From Octopus bimaculoides (taxonomy: Eukaryota): a DNA stretch of 37,658 nt. Shown here one piece after another: positions 1 to 10,960 of this stretch. Where the stretch lies: contig NC_068989.1 of the NCBI RefSeq assembly GCF_001194135.2, positions 52,753,143 through 52,790,800 of the forward strand, in the 5' to 3' direction. Within the stretch, counting starts at the first letter, position 1, and each line of letters starts with the position of its first letter. Below the pieces are notes generated by a model. That model was given only the letters and a program-made list of their open reading frames with translations. It had not been told where the DNA came from and ran no database searches. Position numbers and translations under genes: made by a program.

Positions 1-213
1 ACCTTCGTGTTTGACGTTGAGGTGTTGGTCGAGGGCCATCCTAGTAGCCAAAACGTTGGTTGCGCTGCCAGTTGTAAGTGCCTCTTCTAGTTTCTTAACT
101 AAGTCTCCCTCTACTCTATTTCGATCTATCGCTAGTTCTTTACTAAACCTAATAGATTCCGATTTGATTGCCATTTTCAGGGCAAACCACCAGCGGTTGT
201 TAACGATGGCTCC
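1..213 (-). mobile_element. L1/Tx1-clade LINE ORF2 fragment (linker between endonuclease and RT), 5'-truncated, runs off the left edge
   Basis: The minus frame 213->1 is open for 71 codons: GAIVNNRWWFALKMAIKSESIRFSKELAIDRNRVEGDLVKKLEEALTTGSATNVLATRMALDQHLNVKHEG. The WW..LK..IK...I.FSK...E..L pattern is typical of the L1/Tx1 ORF2 linker. Not in the ORF track. Confidence 0.7.
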
Positions 214-282
<69 letters not shown>

Positions 283-294
283 GTGTGTGTGTGT
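214..294. repeat. (TAGA)~17 microsatellite followed by short (GT)n
   Basis: Read directly from the sequence. Confidence 0.95.
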
Positions 295-525
295 ATTTTA
301 GTGTCTGTGTGTGCGCTTGTCTTTGTGCCACCCTCATGTTAATTCTTGACAACTGCTCTTTGTTTAATTCTGTAATCTAATTGGTCGACAAAAAAAAAGC
401 TGATACCATAAGTACAAGTTTTAAAAACACATAAGCACTAGAGTTGATTTACCGACTAAAACTCTTGAGGACGATATCCAGGTGTGGGTGTAGTTCAATG
501 ATTGAAACAGTTAAAATAGAAAAGA
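295..525 (+). mobile_element. SINE-A 3' half, decayed
   Basis: ataagtacaag...gagttgatttaccgactaaaactcttgagg...caatgattgaaacagttaaaa aligns by eye to the 3' half of the copy at 12487-12900. Confidence 0.6.
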
Positions 526-909
526 CAATACCGAGGTTTAGCAAATTAGTTCTTTAGATATATGTACAAGAAAACATTGATTTCCTTCAACTTGATTGCA
601 GAATATACATGACATCAATTCGTCTGACAAAATATTACTGATATACATTATATGAAATATGATATTCATATTCATTTTATTGAATGATTAAAATTAATTA
701 GAAATTGCGAGGAGTTAGAGATAGCAAAAATAATCTCAAGAACAACATTCGTAAAGCTTAGCTTTCGTATTTCTTTCGCATTTAGATACACACCTACTTG
801 CACATATGCACTCACACGCAGACACACACACATGCAAACACTTACATATATTCATACACACATATGTGAGTATGTATGCCCACACGCAAGTGTATCATAT
901 ATCTATATA

Positions 910-1129
910 TGAAGGGAAGCCCAAAAGTCTCTGGATAGGGGTAAACTAAAAGACAGGAGAATGTGTTAATTATGATTTTGTTCAACATGTTCCTTTCTCA
1001 GATTCATACACCAATTGCAGCGGTTCCTAATTTTTTTTTCTAAGCCCTGTAAAAGAACTCTGGACATTGGGCCTCCATCCAGGTCTTTCGCGATACTCTT
1101 AAAACCGGGAACTTTTCGGCATCCCCTCG
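910..1129. mobile_element. Tc1/mariner-type MITE (~220 bp)
   Basis: Imperfect 25-bp TIRs: tgaagggaagcccaaaagtctctgg (910-934) versus reverse complement cgaggggatgccgaaaagttcccgg (1105-1129). TA dinucleotides flank both ends. Confidence 0.85.
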
Positions 1130-1177
1130 TATATATGTGCGTGTATGTGTGTATGAGTATATCTGTGTATATGTGTG

Positions 1178-1209
<32 letters not shown>

Positions 1210-1325
1210 TGTACGTATGTATGCATGCATGAGTGTATATATATGCATTATATGATATGTATGCATGCATGTATGTATGCATTATATATATGTATGTATG
1301 CATGCATGCACATATATATGTACAA
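1130..1325. repeat. Compound (TA)/(TG)/(TATG)/(TGCA) microsatellite
   Basis: Read directly; source of ORFs 966-1344. Confidence 0.9.
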
Positions 1326-1786
1326 TTTAAACGCCTGTACTTAGTTTTGAAGCGAAATTAGCCCCAAAATTTCATTTCTTCAAGGTTGCATGAGAATCGA
1401 AACAAAGGATTCTATCGTAACACAACGAGTATGAGGAGTGAGTCTGAATAGGCCCACGGCTATTTCAAGGTGCCTGAAGAGCGGCGACGAAAATCTTTGA
1501 GACACGTTTTGCAATAAATAATGTAATATACGTACACAAATTTACGTACAAACACTCGCATTTACACTTATATGCATGTATAAATGCATGTGTGCGTGCG
1601 TGCGTGTATGTTTGTAGATATATGTAGGCGTTAATACAAGTATAGGTTTAACAGATAATTATAAGTATGTGCGTGTGTGTGCATTCCAACCTTATCATTT
1701 AATTGCTTCAGTCACTGAACTGTGAACATTCTGGGGTATGTGAGACAAACAGAAACACAAAGAAATACGCGTGCGCACACACATGT

Positions 1787-1818
<32 letters not shown>

Positions 1819-1999
1819 GTGTGTATATATAACGAGCTTCCACACAGTTTCTGCCTCTCATTAGATTAGAGAGAAAGTTTGGAACGTTATTAAATGGTCC
1901 ATTTTAACATGTAAATTTGTTTCCCACGTGACTGAAACATATGACATATTTTCGGAAGGATGACATGAAGCACATCTTTCTGTGCGATTATTGTGTGGC

Positions 2000-2730
2000 T
2001 AGTTTATTTCTACTGATTTTACGCTAAAAGTGGAGATGCAGGAAAATGAGATACATTTTCCTCATTTGACACTCTTTTCCTTCCGTATTAAGTACAAACT
2101 GATATACAAACGTGAAAATTTTATGACCAGTGGGTCATAACTGAGAGGATTGTTTGTAAATATTTCGCTAGGTTTAGTGATGAAATTTTAATCTGGAAGA
2201 CCATAAAAATTCCACTGATGATGGCCAAAACGAAAGGATAATCAATGATAATCCGGGTCACACGACACGAGTCATCACACAGGCACTCTACACATTAGAA
2301 AACAAAATTAATGGACCATATTTCGATCTGCGATTCTCTGCTCAAACGCAATAAAAATGACCCGTTGTTGAAACAACGATCACAGGTGATGAAAAACAGT
2401 TTGATTACAACAGTGTACAGTTTCCTTCCAAACCTGGCGGAAATTGTAATAGGTTAGCTGAGATAGTCTAACCATACCCACCACACTCATCTAACCTTGT
2501 AACTTCGGATTACTATTTATTTCGATCCTATGAACATTTTCTTAATAGGAAAAACTTCAATTCTTTGGAAGACTTAAAAATCATTTAAACTAGTTCATGA
2601 CCCAGAAAGATGTCAAGTTCTCGGGGGATAGGATCATGAGGATACCTTAAAGATGGCGAAAGGCACTGGAACAAAATTGGATATACATTGGTAAATAAAA
2701 GCATGTTCTTGAATCTTACTTGAAAAAAAA
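2000..2730 (+). pseudogene. Mariner transposase relic with internal deletion and frameshifts
   Basis: Fragments ISICDSLLKRNKNDPLLKQ, ITGDEKQFDYNSV and HPPHSSNLVTSDYYLFRSYEHFLNRKNFNSLEDLK match the mariner VTGDEKW and HPPYSPDLAPSDYHLF motifs. Confidence 0.85.
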
Positions 2731-2924
2731 AAACGTTGTGAACTTTCTTCTAATCCACTGTGCATTTGCGTGGAGGTGGGTGCACACCTCAATATTTATA
2801 TCTCTACGCGTATCAGTGTACTATATGTCTGTGTGTGTATCCATGTTTATATATATATANNNNNNNNNNNNNNNNNNNNNNNNNNNNNNNNNNNNNNNNN
2901 NNNNNNNNNNNNNNNNNATATATA

Positions 2925-3225
2925 TAAGTAAAAACTTACTGCGTAACGTTCGATATTGATAAATACAAAAAGAAGTACGGGATAAAATACTAAAAGAAGT
3001 CTTACCCCATCCTCAACAGTCGACTCTTAATTACTCCCTATTTCAAGCTTTCAACAAGATAGGAAACCTTCACAAAACACCAGCATCCAGAAATTCTTTA
3101 AATATAAAATTTGTGGAGAGTTAGACCTTCGAACGAACAAACAACGACAGAGTGGTCATACAGAGTAAGCAATCGACGAAGACAAACATTAAGGACTTAT
3201 AAAACTTATGTCTATATAATCTATT
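2925..3225 (+). repeat. Fragment of the non-coding repeat family found at 6693-7640
   Basis: aagtacgggataaaatactaaaa matches the reverse complement of ~6820-6842. taaggacttataaaacttatgtct matches the reverse complement of ~7610-7632. Confidence 0.45.
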
Positions 3226-4047
3226 GGGACAGTCTGCGCTTTTCTTTCTTAATTATTGGTTCGCATATTGTATTCATCTCTGCACTCAGCCTGCTTAGGA
3301 GGCTGTTATGTCCTAGCCTATGCACTGTGTCCTTACGTTTTCTAATTTTCCAGAGGTGCACTCTAGCTATTATTTTGATCTCCTCACTCAGTAGTTGGCG
3401 ACCTCTATTTCCCCTCCGTGATCGGCTATATCTTTACCTTCATTGCACCCTCGTGTCACGGCTCTCCAATGTCCCTCTATATCTCATACGAGGGTGCCAT
3501 GTTTCTCTAGTTGTTTGCTTATGTCAGCCGTAGCTAAGCAGAGCTATGATCAAATATACTCCAGCCACTCCATCCAATGTCAAGTGTGAAGTACGTATGC
3601 TCTCACTTCATGTTTACCAACGGAACGGAATGATTTGAAAGAGAAGTGACTACTATCTTTAGCAGATTGAGTGATCACGTAGATGCTACCCTCGGATGAA
3701 AAGAAATAATTATTTCTAGAACTTCAATAAAGTGATACATTACCATTATATGTTAATGGTTGAAACTATTGCACTTTGCTTACATAACTCATTTCTGTAA
3801 ATTTCTATAAATGTGAGATAATTGTACTGGTTCAAAATGAAAAGCAAGTAATTGGTACCATTAGATTAACACAGTTTTATTATCACATCACAACGTTTAG
3901 TTAAAAGTTTATACACATACATGCATAAATATATCATACACACACAGACACACGCACACGTACACACACATACACATATATATAAACACAGACACGGAAT
4001 AAACTTTAAATAGTTAATATACTTATATAATATATTTCTCACACACG

Positions 4048-4051
<4 letters not shown>

Positions 4052-4106
<55 letters not shown>
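4052..4106. repeat. (TA)n microsatellite
   Basis: Read directly. Confidence 0.95.
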
Positions 4107-4113
<7 letters not shown>

Positions 4114-4142
4114 ACATATACATCTATACATATAGATATATA

Positions 4143-5126
4143 CAATGTGCGATGGGTAAATTGTCACCATCTCATATTTTTAATTTCACGAATGCGCATT
4201 GTTTGCTTTTGATTTTGTCAACTACACAGTATAGTAGGGTCAGTTGGGCACCGTCTATAATAAACACAGCACAATGACGCAATTCACTCTGCCAGAACGT
4301 TGGAAGCGACTTGCCGTACTGCTTGGCATTCGCGCCGAAAGCTTCAATATGAACAGTTCAGAGTGTTTGGTTGTCAATCAGAGGATTCGGAAGTAGTTGG
4401 ATTAGTCTAATGGTGATTACAAAGGTACGGCAGCTCGGATGAAAAAGAACTCCTGAATTTGTTGGTGAGATCCAGGCCATGATTGACAACAGTCCCTCCA
4501 AGTCGATGAGGTCCATCACCTGGAACATAAGAACGTCTGAGTTTCTTATCAGGCAGGTAGAGCATGAAGACATTCGGTATTCCTCATATACAAGATGCGA
4601 AAGGGCTAATTTTTATCTCAGGTCATTAAGTACAAGAGGTAAGACAGCGCTACGAAGCTTTTGAACGAACTTAAGCATCCCCTCCAAACGAACATATATT
4701 GCTTTATCTCAAACGAGAAAAATTTCTTCAAAGGGTCAGATGACGAACACGCAGAACAACCGTTGGCTTACCGTGTGCATAGAGTGATAAAAATCAAACA
4801 TCCAGTCAAAACCATGGTGTTTGGAGTGATCACTAGTGATGGCGAAGTCATGCCTCCATTCATCTTTCCACGCGGTTTCGGACTCAGCAAGGGGGCCTAC
4901 ATCGAGTGCCTGGAGGAGGTAGTGCTACCTTGGGTAGCAGTTGAGCGAGAGACCAACAAAACTCCTAGTAACACCAAAGATCAACTGGATTATGGCAGCA
5001 TTCAGTAACTTAAACAAGGAAACCGTCCAGAAGAGTTGTAGGAGATTCCAAAGTTGTCTGGAGGCTGCGCTTGAAGCCAATGGCGATTTTACTGATTAAA
5101 TTTATTCTTTAGTATTTCAAGTTCTT
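4143..5126 (+). pseudogene. IS630/Tc1/mariner transposase relic (maT/DD37D-like, subfamily uncertain)
   Basis: MTQFTLPERWKRLAVLLGIRA..., TPEFVGEIQAMIDNSPSKSMRSI (HTH region), and KHPVKTMVFGVITSDGEVMPPFIFPRGFGLSKGAYIECLEEVVLPWV (DDD domain). Starts at TA|caatgtgcg. Has stops and frameshifts. Confidence 0.85.
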
Positions 5127-5562
5127 NNNNNNNNNNNNNNNNNNNNNNNNNNNNNNNNNNNNNNNNNNNNNNNNNNNNNNNNNNNNNNNNNNNNNNNNNN
5201 NNNNNNNNNNNNNNNNNNNNNNNNNNNNNNNNNNNNNNNNNNNNNNNNNNNNNNNNNNNNNNNNNNNNNNNNNNNNNNNNNNNNNNNNNNNNNNNNNNNN
5301 NNNNNNNNNNNNNNNNNNNNNNNNNNNNNNNNNNNNNNNNNNNNNNNNNNNNNNNNNNNNNNNNNNNNNNNNNNNNNNNNNNNNNNNNNNNNNNNNNNNN
5401 NNNNNNNNNNNNNNNNNNNNNNNNNNNNNNNNNNNNNNNNNNNNNNNNNNNNNNNNNNNNNNNNNNNNNNNNNNNNNNNNNNNNNNNNNNNNNNNNNNNN
5501 NNNNNNNNNNNNNNNNNNNNNNNNNNNNNNNNNNNNNNNNNNNNNNNNNNNNNNNNNNNNNN

Positions 5563-6203
5563 GTTATCGTTTCATTTGGATTTCAAAGTTCAAAGTGGAT
5601 TAAACTTTTCATATCCCACCATAAGGATAACATCATCTTACGTGGATGAAGACCATCTTTAGTCTGGTGTGCTGGTGTTTTCCTTTCCCTACCCACTGTC
5701 TTTGGCGCTTGACATTTTTATAGATAACCTATTCTCGTCACCAGTCACTATTCGGTCCAAAAAGGGTTCATTCTGGAGATGTAACGGCAAAGAAGAGCAC
5801 ACATTCACTCTCAGCGCGCGATTAAACTGAAAAGATTGGAAGGAACCCATTGACCCAATTTGCTGACTTTTCCGATGGCATGCAGGTGTCGATGAATGGT
5901 TGAATGGTTGAACAGTTACGATGGGATTTCGTTCCACCAGAGTCTGCAGAACGTCCTCCTCGAACTCTACATATCTTAATATTCCTCGGACTTTCCGTTG
6001 TGTTGTTGCTTTTATTGTACTCATAAAGCAAAATATACCGAATATGATTTGTCACTTCGATTTCAAAAAAATAACTCCTAGAAATAAGTTCAAGGTAAAA
6101 TTACTACCTGCTTTTGTAGCAATTTGTTGCAGGTAGTTTATCCCGTCACCTTCGGATTTTATTTCATGCAATTGAAAATCGGCATTATTTTGGGATGTCC
6201 CAA
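5563..6203 (-). pseudogene. Mariner transposase relic with 5' TIR; 3' part lost in the gap
   Basis: QNEPFLDRIVTGDEN and GLHPRKMMLSLWWDMKSLIHFEL. TIR TA|ttgggacatcccaaaataatgccg ends at 6203. Confidence 0.9.
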
Positions 6204-6353
6204 TATATATATATATATATATATATAAAAACAATATATGAGTATATGCATATATATGTACATGTATGTATATACGTTCATCCACATGTACATATGGATA
6301 CATAACTGGGTACATGACGTGGCAAAAGAACAAGGACAAAAATGGTAAACAAG

Positions 6354-6386
<33 letters not shown>

Positions 6387-6775
6387 NNNNNNNNNNNNNN
6401 NNNNNNNNNNNNNNNNNNNNNNNNNNNNNNNNNNNNNNNNNNNNNNNNNNNNNNNNNNNNNNNNNNNNNNNNNNNNNNNNNNNNNNNNNNNNNNNNNNNN
6501 NNNNNNNNNNNNNNNNNNNNNNNNNNNNNNNNNNNNNNNNNNNNNNNNNNNNNNNNNNNNNNNNNNNNNNNNNNNNNNNNNNNNNNNNNNNNNNNNNNNN
6601 NNNNNNNNNNNNNNNNNNNNNNNNNNNNNNNNNNNNNNNNNNNNNNNNNNNNNNNNNNNNNNNNNNNNNNNNNNNNNNNNNNNNNNNNNNNNGAAACAAG
6701 ATGGTAAAAATAGTACTCGAATACCAAAAGTAGAATAATACGCTTTATTAAAAAGCAGTGAAAATATCGCAAAAA

Positions 6776-6813
6776 CTGTTACTCAGAGTTTCACGTTCCC
6801 GTTCGTCGGACAG
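6776..6813 (-). ncRNA. Type I hammerhead ribozyme fold, variant core CCGACGA
   Basis: Minus strand: CTGT-CCGACGA-ACG GGAA CGT-GAAA-CT CTG AG-TA-ACAG. Stem I CTGT/ACAG, stem II ACG/CGT with GGAA tetraloop, short stem III, GUA cleavage triplet. Confidence 0.7.
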
Positions 6814-7363
6814 GTTTGTTTTGGTATTTTGTCCCGTACTTGTCGCTCATTATGTGTTTACGTATTTTTCACTCGTTAGTGATGTCCTGTACGTGATGTA
6901 TTTTAGATTTATTTATTTATAATCAAACGCCACGCAACCTAGTCCACAATAAGTTTTTACTTTCATTTATAATTTCTGCGACTCTACACCCTGTTCTCTT
7001 TCTTTCTTTCTCCCTATCCCACTATAATCCACTTTATTTTCCGTTTCTCCCCCTCCTTCTTTGTTGTCTCCTGTCTAGCTTTCTTCCAATCCCTACTATC
7101 TTTCGTCGCTTCTCCTCACTCCCTTTGTTTCTGTTCCTCATCCTCTCTCTTGTCCTCCTTCTCCTCTGCCTGTTTGCTCCCACTAATTACAAGCAATTTC
7201 TCTCACCTCTGTCTTTTCTGGAGGCGACGTCCACTTAGATAGATGTCATTTTTCTCGCCTCCCGACATTTTTTCTCTTCTATTTGACAAGACAGTCACTC
7301 GACCGCCGACACTCGTTGACGCTGCTTCTAAGAGAATAGGGAACAGAAGAAAGAAGACATGCA

Positions 7364-7472
7364 CTCAACATCAGAGCTGAAGACACCTCCGAAAGTGGGT
7401 GGGGCCGCAACGTCAAAACGGTAGAGGAGTAGGGGCCGAAACCGGACGTGGTTCCTCCTGGTGATGTCTTGA
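7364..7472 (+). ncRNA. Hammerhead-like fold with canonical CTGAAGA core and an extra hairpin
   Basis: CTGAAGA 7377-7383, GGCC/GGCC stem II, GAAA 7438-7441, CC-GGACGT-GG stem III, then TTC, and a long bulged stem I (ctcaa-catca-gag / ctc-tgatg-ttgag). Confidence 0.45.
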
Positions 7473-8165
7473 GCTAACTGGATCCTATAAAGGAGCTGTT
7501 GTGGTAGCAGACCACGAAACATGGTTGAAATTCCTCCTTCTCTTCTATTTATTCTATATCCTTTCAAATTTTCTCCCCGGCGTTACCAATTACAATGCAA
7601 TAGATTACAAGACACACGTTTTATAAGTCCTTAAAACTCTCTCTAGTACTGGCCTACAAGAATAGCGTAGTAAATAAAGACTTTGGTTAAAGCAGTGCGG
7701 TCACCTAGAAGTTCTGAGATCAATCCCAAACAAGGCACCAAGTTAATTCACAAAAATCTCCGCTGAAGGAAAAGTGTTAGGTCCGACACAGGAGACCAAA
7801 ATACAGCAGCCGTGACCTAGCAACAATCGAGATGAGGGCACCAATCCGACTAATATAATCAGCCTACATAATATATATTCCTCATCTCACTAAAACAGAA
7901 ATGTAATTTATTTTATTGACGTTATATCCTTTGTTTGTTGTTTTAGACTTTTAAACACTGTGAAATTACGATTTGTTAAATTGCATAGATAATGTCATTT
8001 AATCCGTGTTCATCAACCTACTTATATTACATGTATGAAACTACGCTGTTTGTGTTTAGAATATAGAAATATCCGCTGAGTTATTTATCTTCCATTAAAT
8101 TCTTGGTGCTAAAATACCTTTAGTTCACTATTCCGTCATGCTTACTACACCACAACTATTTAAAT

Positions 8166-8776
8166 ACTGGCTTGTCGGATAAATTCGTTGTTGTCTTTCC
8201 AATGTTATTTGGATTATAACGAAAATCATTTTATTGTAGCGTTTTATTGTTTCGTGGCTCTCTTCTTTCTCAACTACTTTTGTTTGTTGTTTTGGGAAGT
8301 TGAATAAATTTTACCTCTTTTCAGACATACGATGATGGAGTGCCAAGAAGAGAATAATAGCATTTTCAACACCTGTTTCACTTTGCTTTCAATCAAGGTT
8401 CCAAAGCTATCAAAGTCATTCGAAATATTTGTGCTGTGTATGGAAAAGGAGTTAAGATCACAAAGAAAGTTTTCATGCTCCACAGAGGGGTAATTCGGCT
8501 TTGTAGACTCTTAGTTCCGGCCGACCAGTTCAGTTATATGAAGGTCGATGAAACGAGCCCTTACATGAGGATCCAAGCTAGCCTACTTAAGAATCGGCCC
8601 AGCATATGGGATGTTCTTATGATTTCGTCATCGGTCACCTTCACTAGAATGGTAAAGTCCAAAGACTTGGTGCTTGGGTGCCACAAACTCTGAACAAATA
8701 AGTCAAACTCCAGCACTTTTCTATCGAACAACGTCTTCCAGAATTGCGTATAAAACGATATACTCCAATGAAATGA

Positions 8777-8859
<83 letters not shown>

Positions 8860-9045
8860 TGCCCGATCAACAATAAGCTACTTTTCAATACAAAGATTTA
8901 TTTACTGTGTCACCAGCGATGAAAACTGGTTTCTTTACTTCAGTATGAAGCAGAGGATAGAATGGTTGAGTACCGACTATCAAGCTACAGCTCGAACTAA
9001 GCCAGAACTGCATCCATACATGACAATATGTATTCGGTGGCCGTA
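8166..9045 (+). pseudogene. Mariner transposase relic split by a microsatellite-containing insert
   Basis: MECQEENN-HFQHLFHFAFNQGSKAIKVIRNICAVYG, SGRPVQL, GKVQRLGAWVPQTL; after 8856, VTSDENWFLYFSMKQRIEWLSTDYQATARTKPELHP. Confidence 0.85.
8780..8856. repeat. (CA)n(TA)n microsatellite
   Basis: Read directly. Confidence 0.95.
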
Positions 9046-9149
9046 TTTATGACTAAAATTTATATTTTAAAAATTGTTTATAAAAGTAATGCATGCAACC
9101 TGAGAATTGTTTTAAGGATCACATGTCTATGGAGTACTCAACCACGTAC

Positions 9150-9305
9150 GTGTAATTTCTCAAGTAGGAAATTAGTTGAACGAACAACTGAGCATTCCTT
9201 ACCAACAACCGACGAGACTTGAACTCGTAACGTAAAGATACACAATGCAATACTTTAATGTATTTTAGTGTAGTGCGTCTAAATTTTCTACCACTCCACT
9301 ACCGT
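9150..9305 (-). mobile_element. SINE-B fragment
   Basis: Reverse complement shows an A-box-like ggagtggtagaa and B-box gagttcaagtc, similar to 15183-15270. Confidence 0.5.
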
Positions 9306-9550
9306 TGTAACATTAAATCTATTAATTAGAGCGTCTGTAAGTGGATGCAATGTGAATTCTATCTCTTATTGACAGTGCTGCTTTCATCCTAACTTTAAAA
9401 ACCTGTTATGAATACATAACTTCAAATATCATTCAAACTAGGTGAATAAGAAGTTCCAAGAAAAAAAGCTCTCACACACATATACTTACACACACACTCA
9501 CACAAACACACATACACTCACACACAAATGTATATGTATGGATATATATA

Positions 9551-9587
<37 letters not shown>

Positions 9588-10497
9588 NNNNNNNNNNNNN
9601 NNNNNNNNNNNNNNNNNNNNNNNNNNNNNNNNNNNNNNNNNNNNNNNNNNNNNNNNNNNNNNNNATATACAAAGAGATAATGTGAGAGAAAGAGAGATAC
9701 ATAAACATATGTATATGTATATACGTGTATACGAATGCATATATGCTTAAGTAATAAAATTGCCAAATTTATAAATTAAAAAGTTTGGATATCAAAAAGA
9801 ACTTATCGAAATTAATTTAATACATTGATGCAGTTTTGATATTGATTTTATCACAGACAAATATTTGACCAAATACAAATAGCGCTCGCATATTTTACAC
9901 CAATCTGATAGATTTCACCGAAAAGAAATAATTTTATATAATAATCATTATTTATTTTTTCAGCTTTAATCATTTCCACCAATTCAAAATCTGTGTTACC
10001 AAAATCCCACAAAATTGTTCTACGTTTTTCTTTCCTTATTTCCCCACTCTTTTCTCATTAATGTGAGTATATATGTAGGTGTATGTTTGTATATATAAAT
10101 ATATATATATTTACAAATACATACACATGCATGTGTGTATGCATATATGTAAAGAAGCAAAGAGAGATAAAGAGGGGAAGAAACACAAGACACACACATG
10201 TATATAAATATACATATTTATGTGAGTGCGTATATACATATATATATATAATTACGTAGAGGTGTATGTTTCTGTTTGTGTATGTGTATATGTGTATATG
10301 TGTACGTAAAGAGAGTGAGAAAGAAAGAGAGAGAAGAAGAAAGAATTCAAGAGAAAAGAAATATGGTAATTTGTTATAAACTTTTAAAACCAAACACAAA
10401 TAGGTGAGGTGTGTTTTTCCACAAAAGTATAAAAATATTCAATGAAAATATTGAAAAATCAACACTTCTCTTATCTTAAGTGTTGTAAATTTTCTGT

Positions 10498-10615
10498 ATA
10501 TATATATATATATATATATGTGTGTATGTGTGCGTGTGTGTGCATGTGTGTGTGTGTGTGAGTGTATGTGTGTGTGTGTGTGTTTGTGTGTGTTTGTGTG
10601 TGTGTGTATGTACGT
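10498..10615. repeat. (TA)n(TG)n compound microsatellite
   Basis: Read directly. Confidence 0.9.
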
Positions 10616-10960
10616 ACGCTTTAATGTTGAAAACATTAAAGATGTTTGTGAAATATCAGTAATTCGATGAAATATATAGCTTCCTCCATTTATTTAAATG
10701 ATAAAGAATATATGTTAATGCGTATATATTTATGCATGTATGTATATAAATTAAGATGATTCTATACAGCTAATGATATCACTATACTTATATTACTAAT
10801 GGCATTTTCTACACTTGTGTATCTCTACTTGAGTGTTATTTAAAACCTCAGGTTAGCCATGATTTAACGAAACGAGTAAAGTCGGCCAAACCGTAATCAT
10901 TGCGCCTTGACTTCATGTTCTCACGTTCTACAATTATCTAATAGGTGCAGTTATTTTTCA

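Larger units (their letters stand above)
6693..7920. mobile_element. Non-coding Penelope-like/retrozyme-like composite repeat with hammerhead motifs on both strands
   Basis: Contains hammerhead folds (next entries) and a pyrimidine-rich central tract. Has homologous segments at 2925-3225 and 20040-20710. Its 3' end (atatattcctcatctc) is shared with 17760-17775. Confidence 0.55.

Noticed and set aside
11-220. ORF 11..220 (+) 69 aa
   Set aside because: Antisense shadow of the minus-strand Tx1-like ORF2 fragment.
966-1344. Overlapping HTYI/VCMY-rich ORFs, and similar ORFs at 3866, 9442-9766, 10058, 23957, 26020, 27122-27909 and 37276
   Set aside because: Translations of dinucleotide/tetranucleotide microsatellites, which lack stop codons.
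1468-1510. CTGAAGA-gcggcgac-GAAA hammerhead-like spacing
   Set aside because: Stem II and stem I do not pair and the NUH triplet is absent; at most a relic.
3111-3533. 140-aa + ORF, and an antisense RGNRGRQ...EEIK stretch resembling an RTE C-terminus
   Set aside because: The + ORF is compositional, and the antisense similarity is too weak to call.
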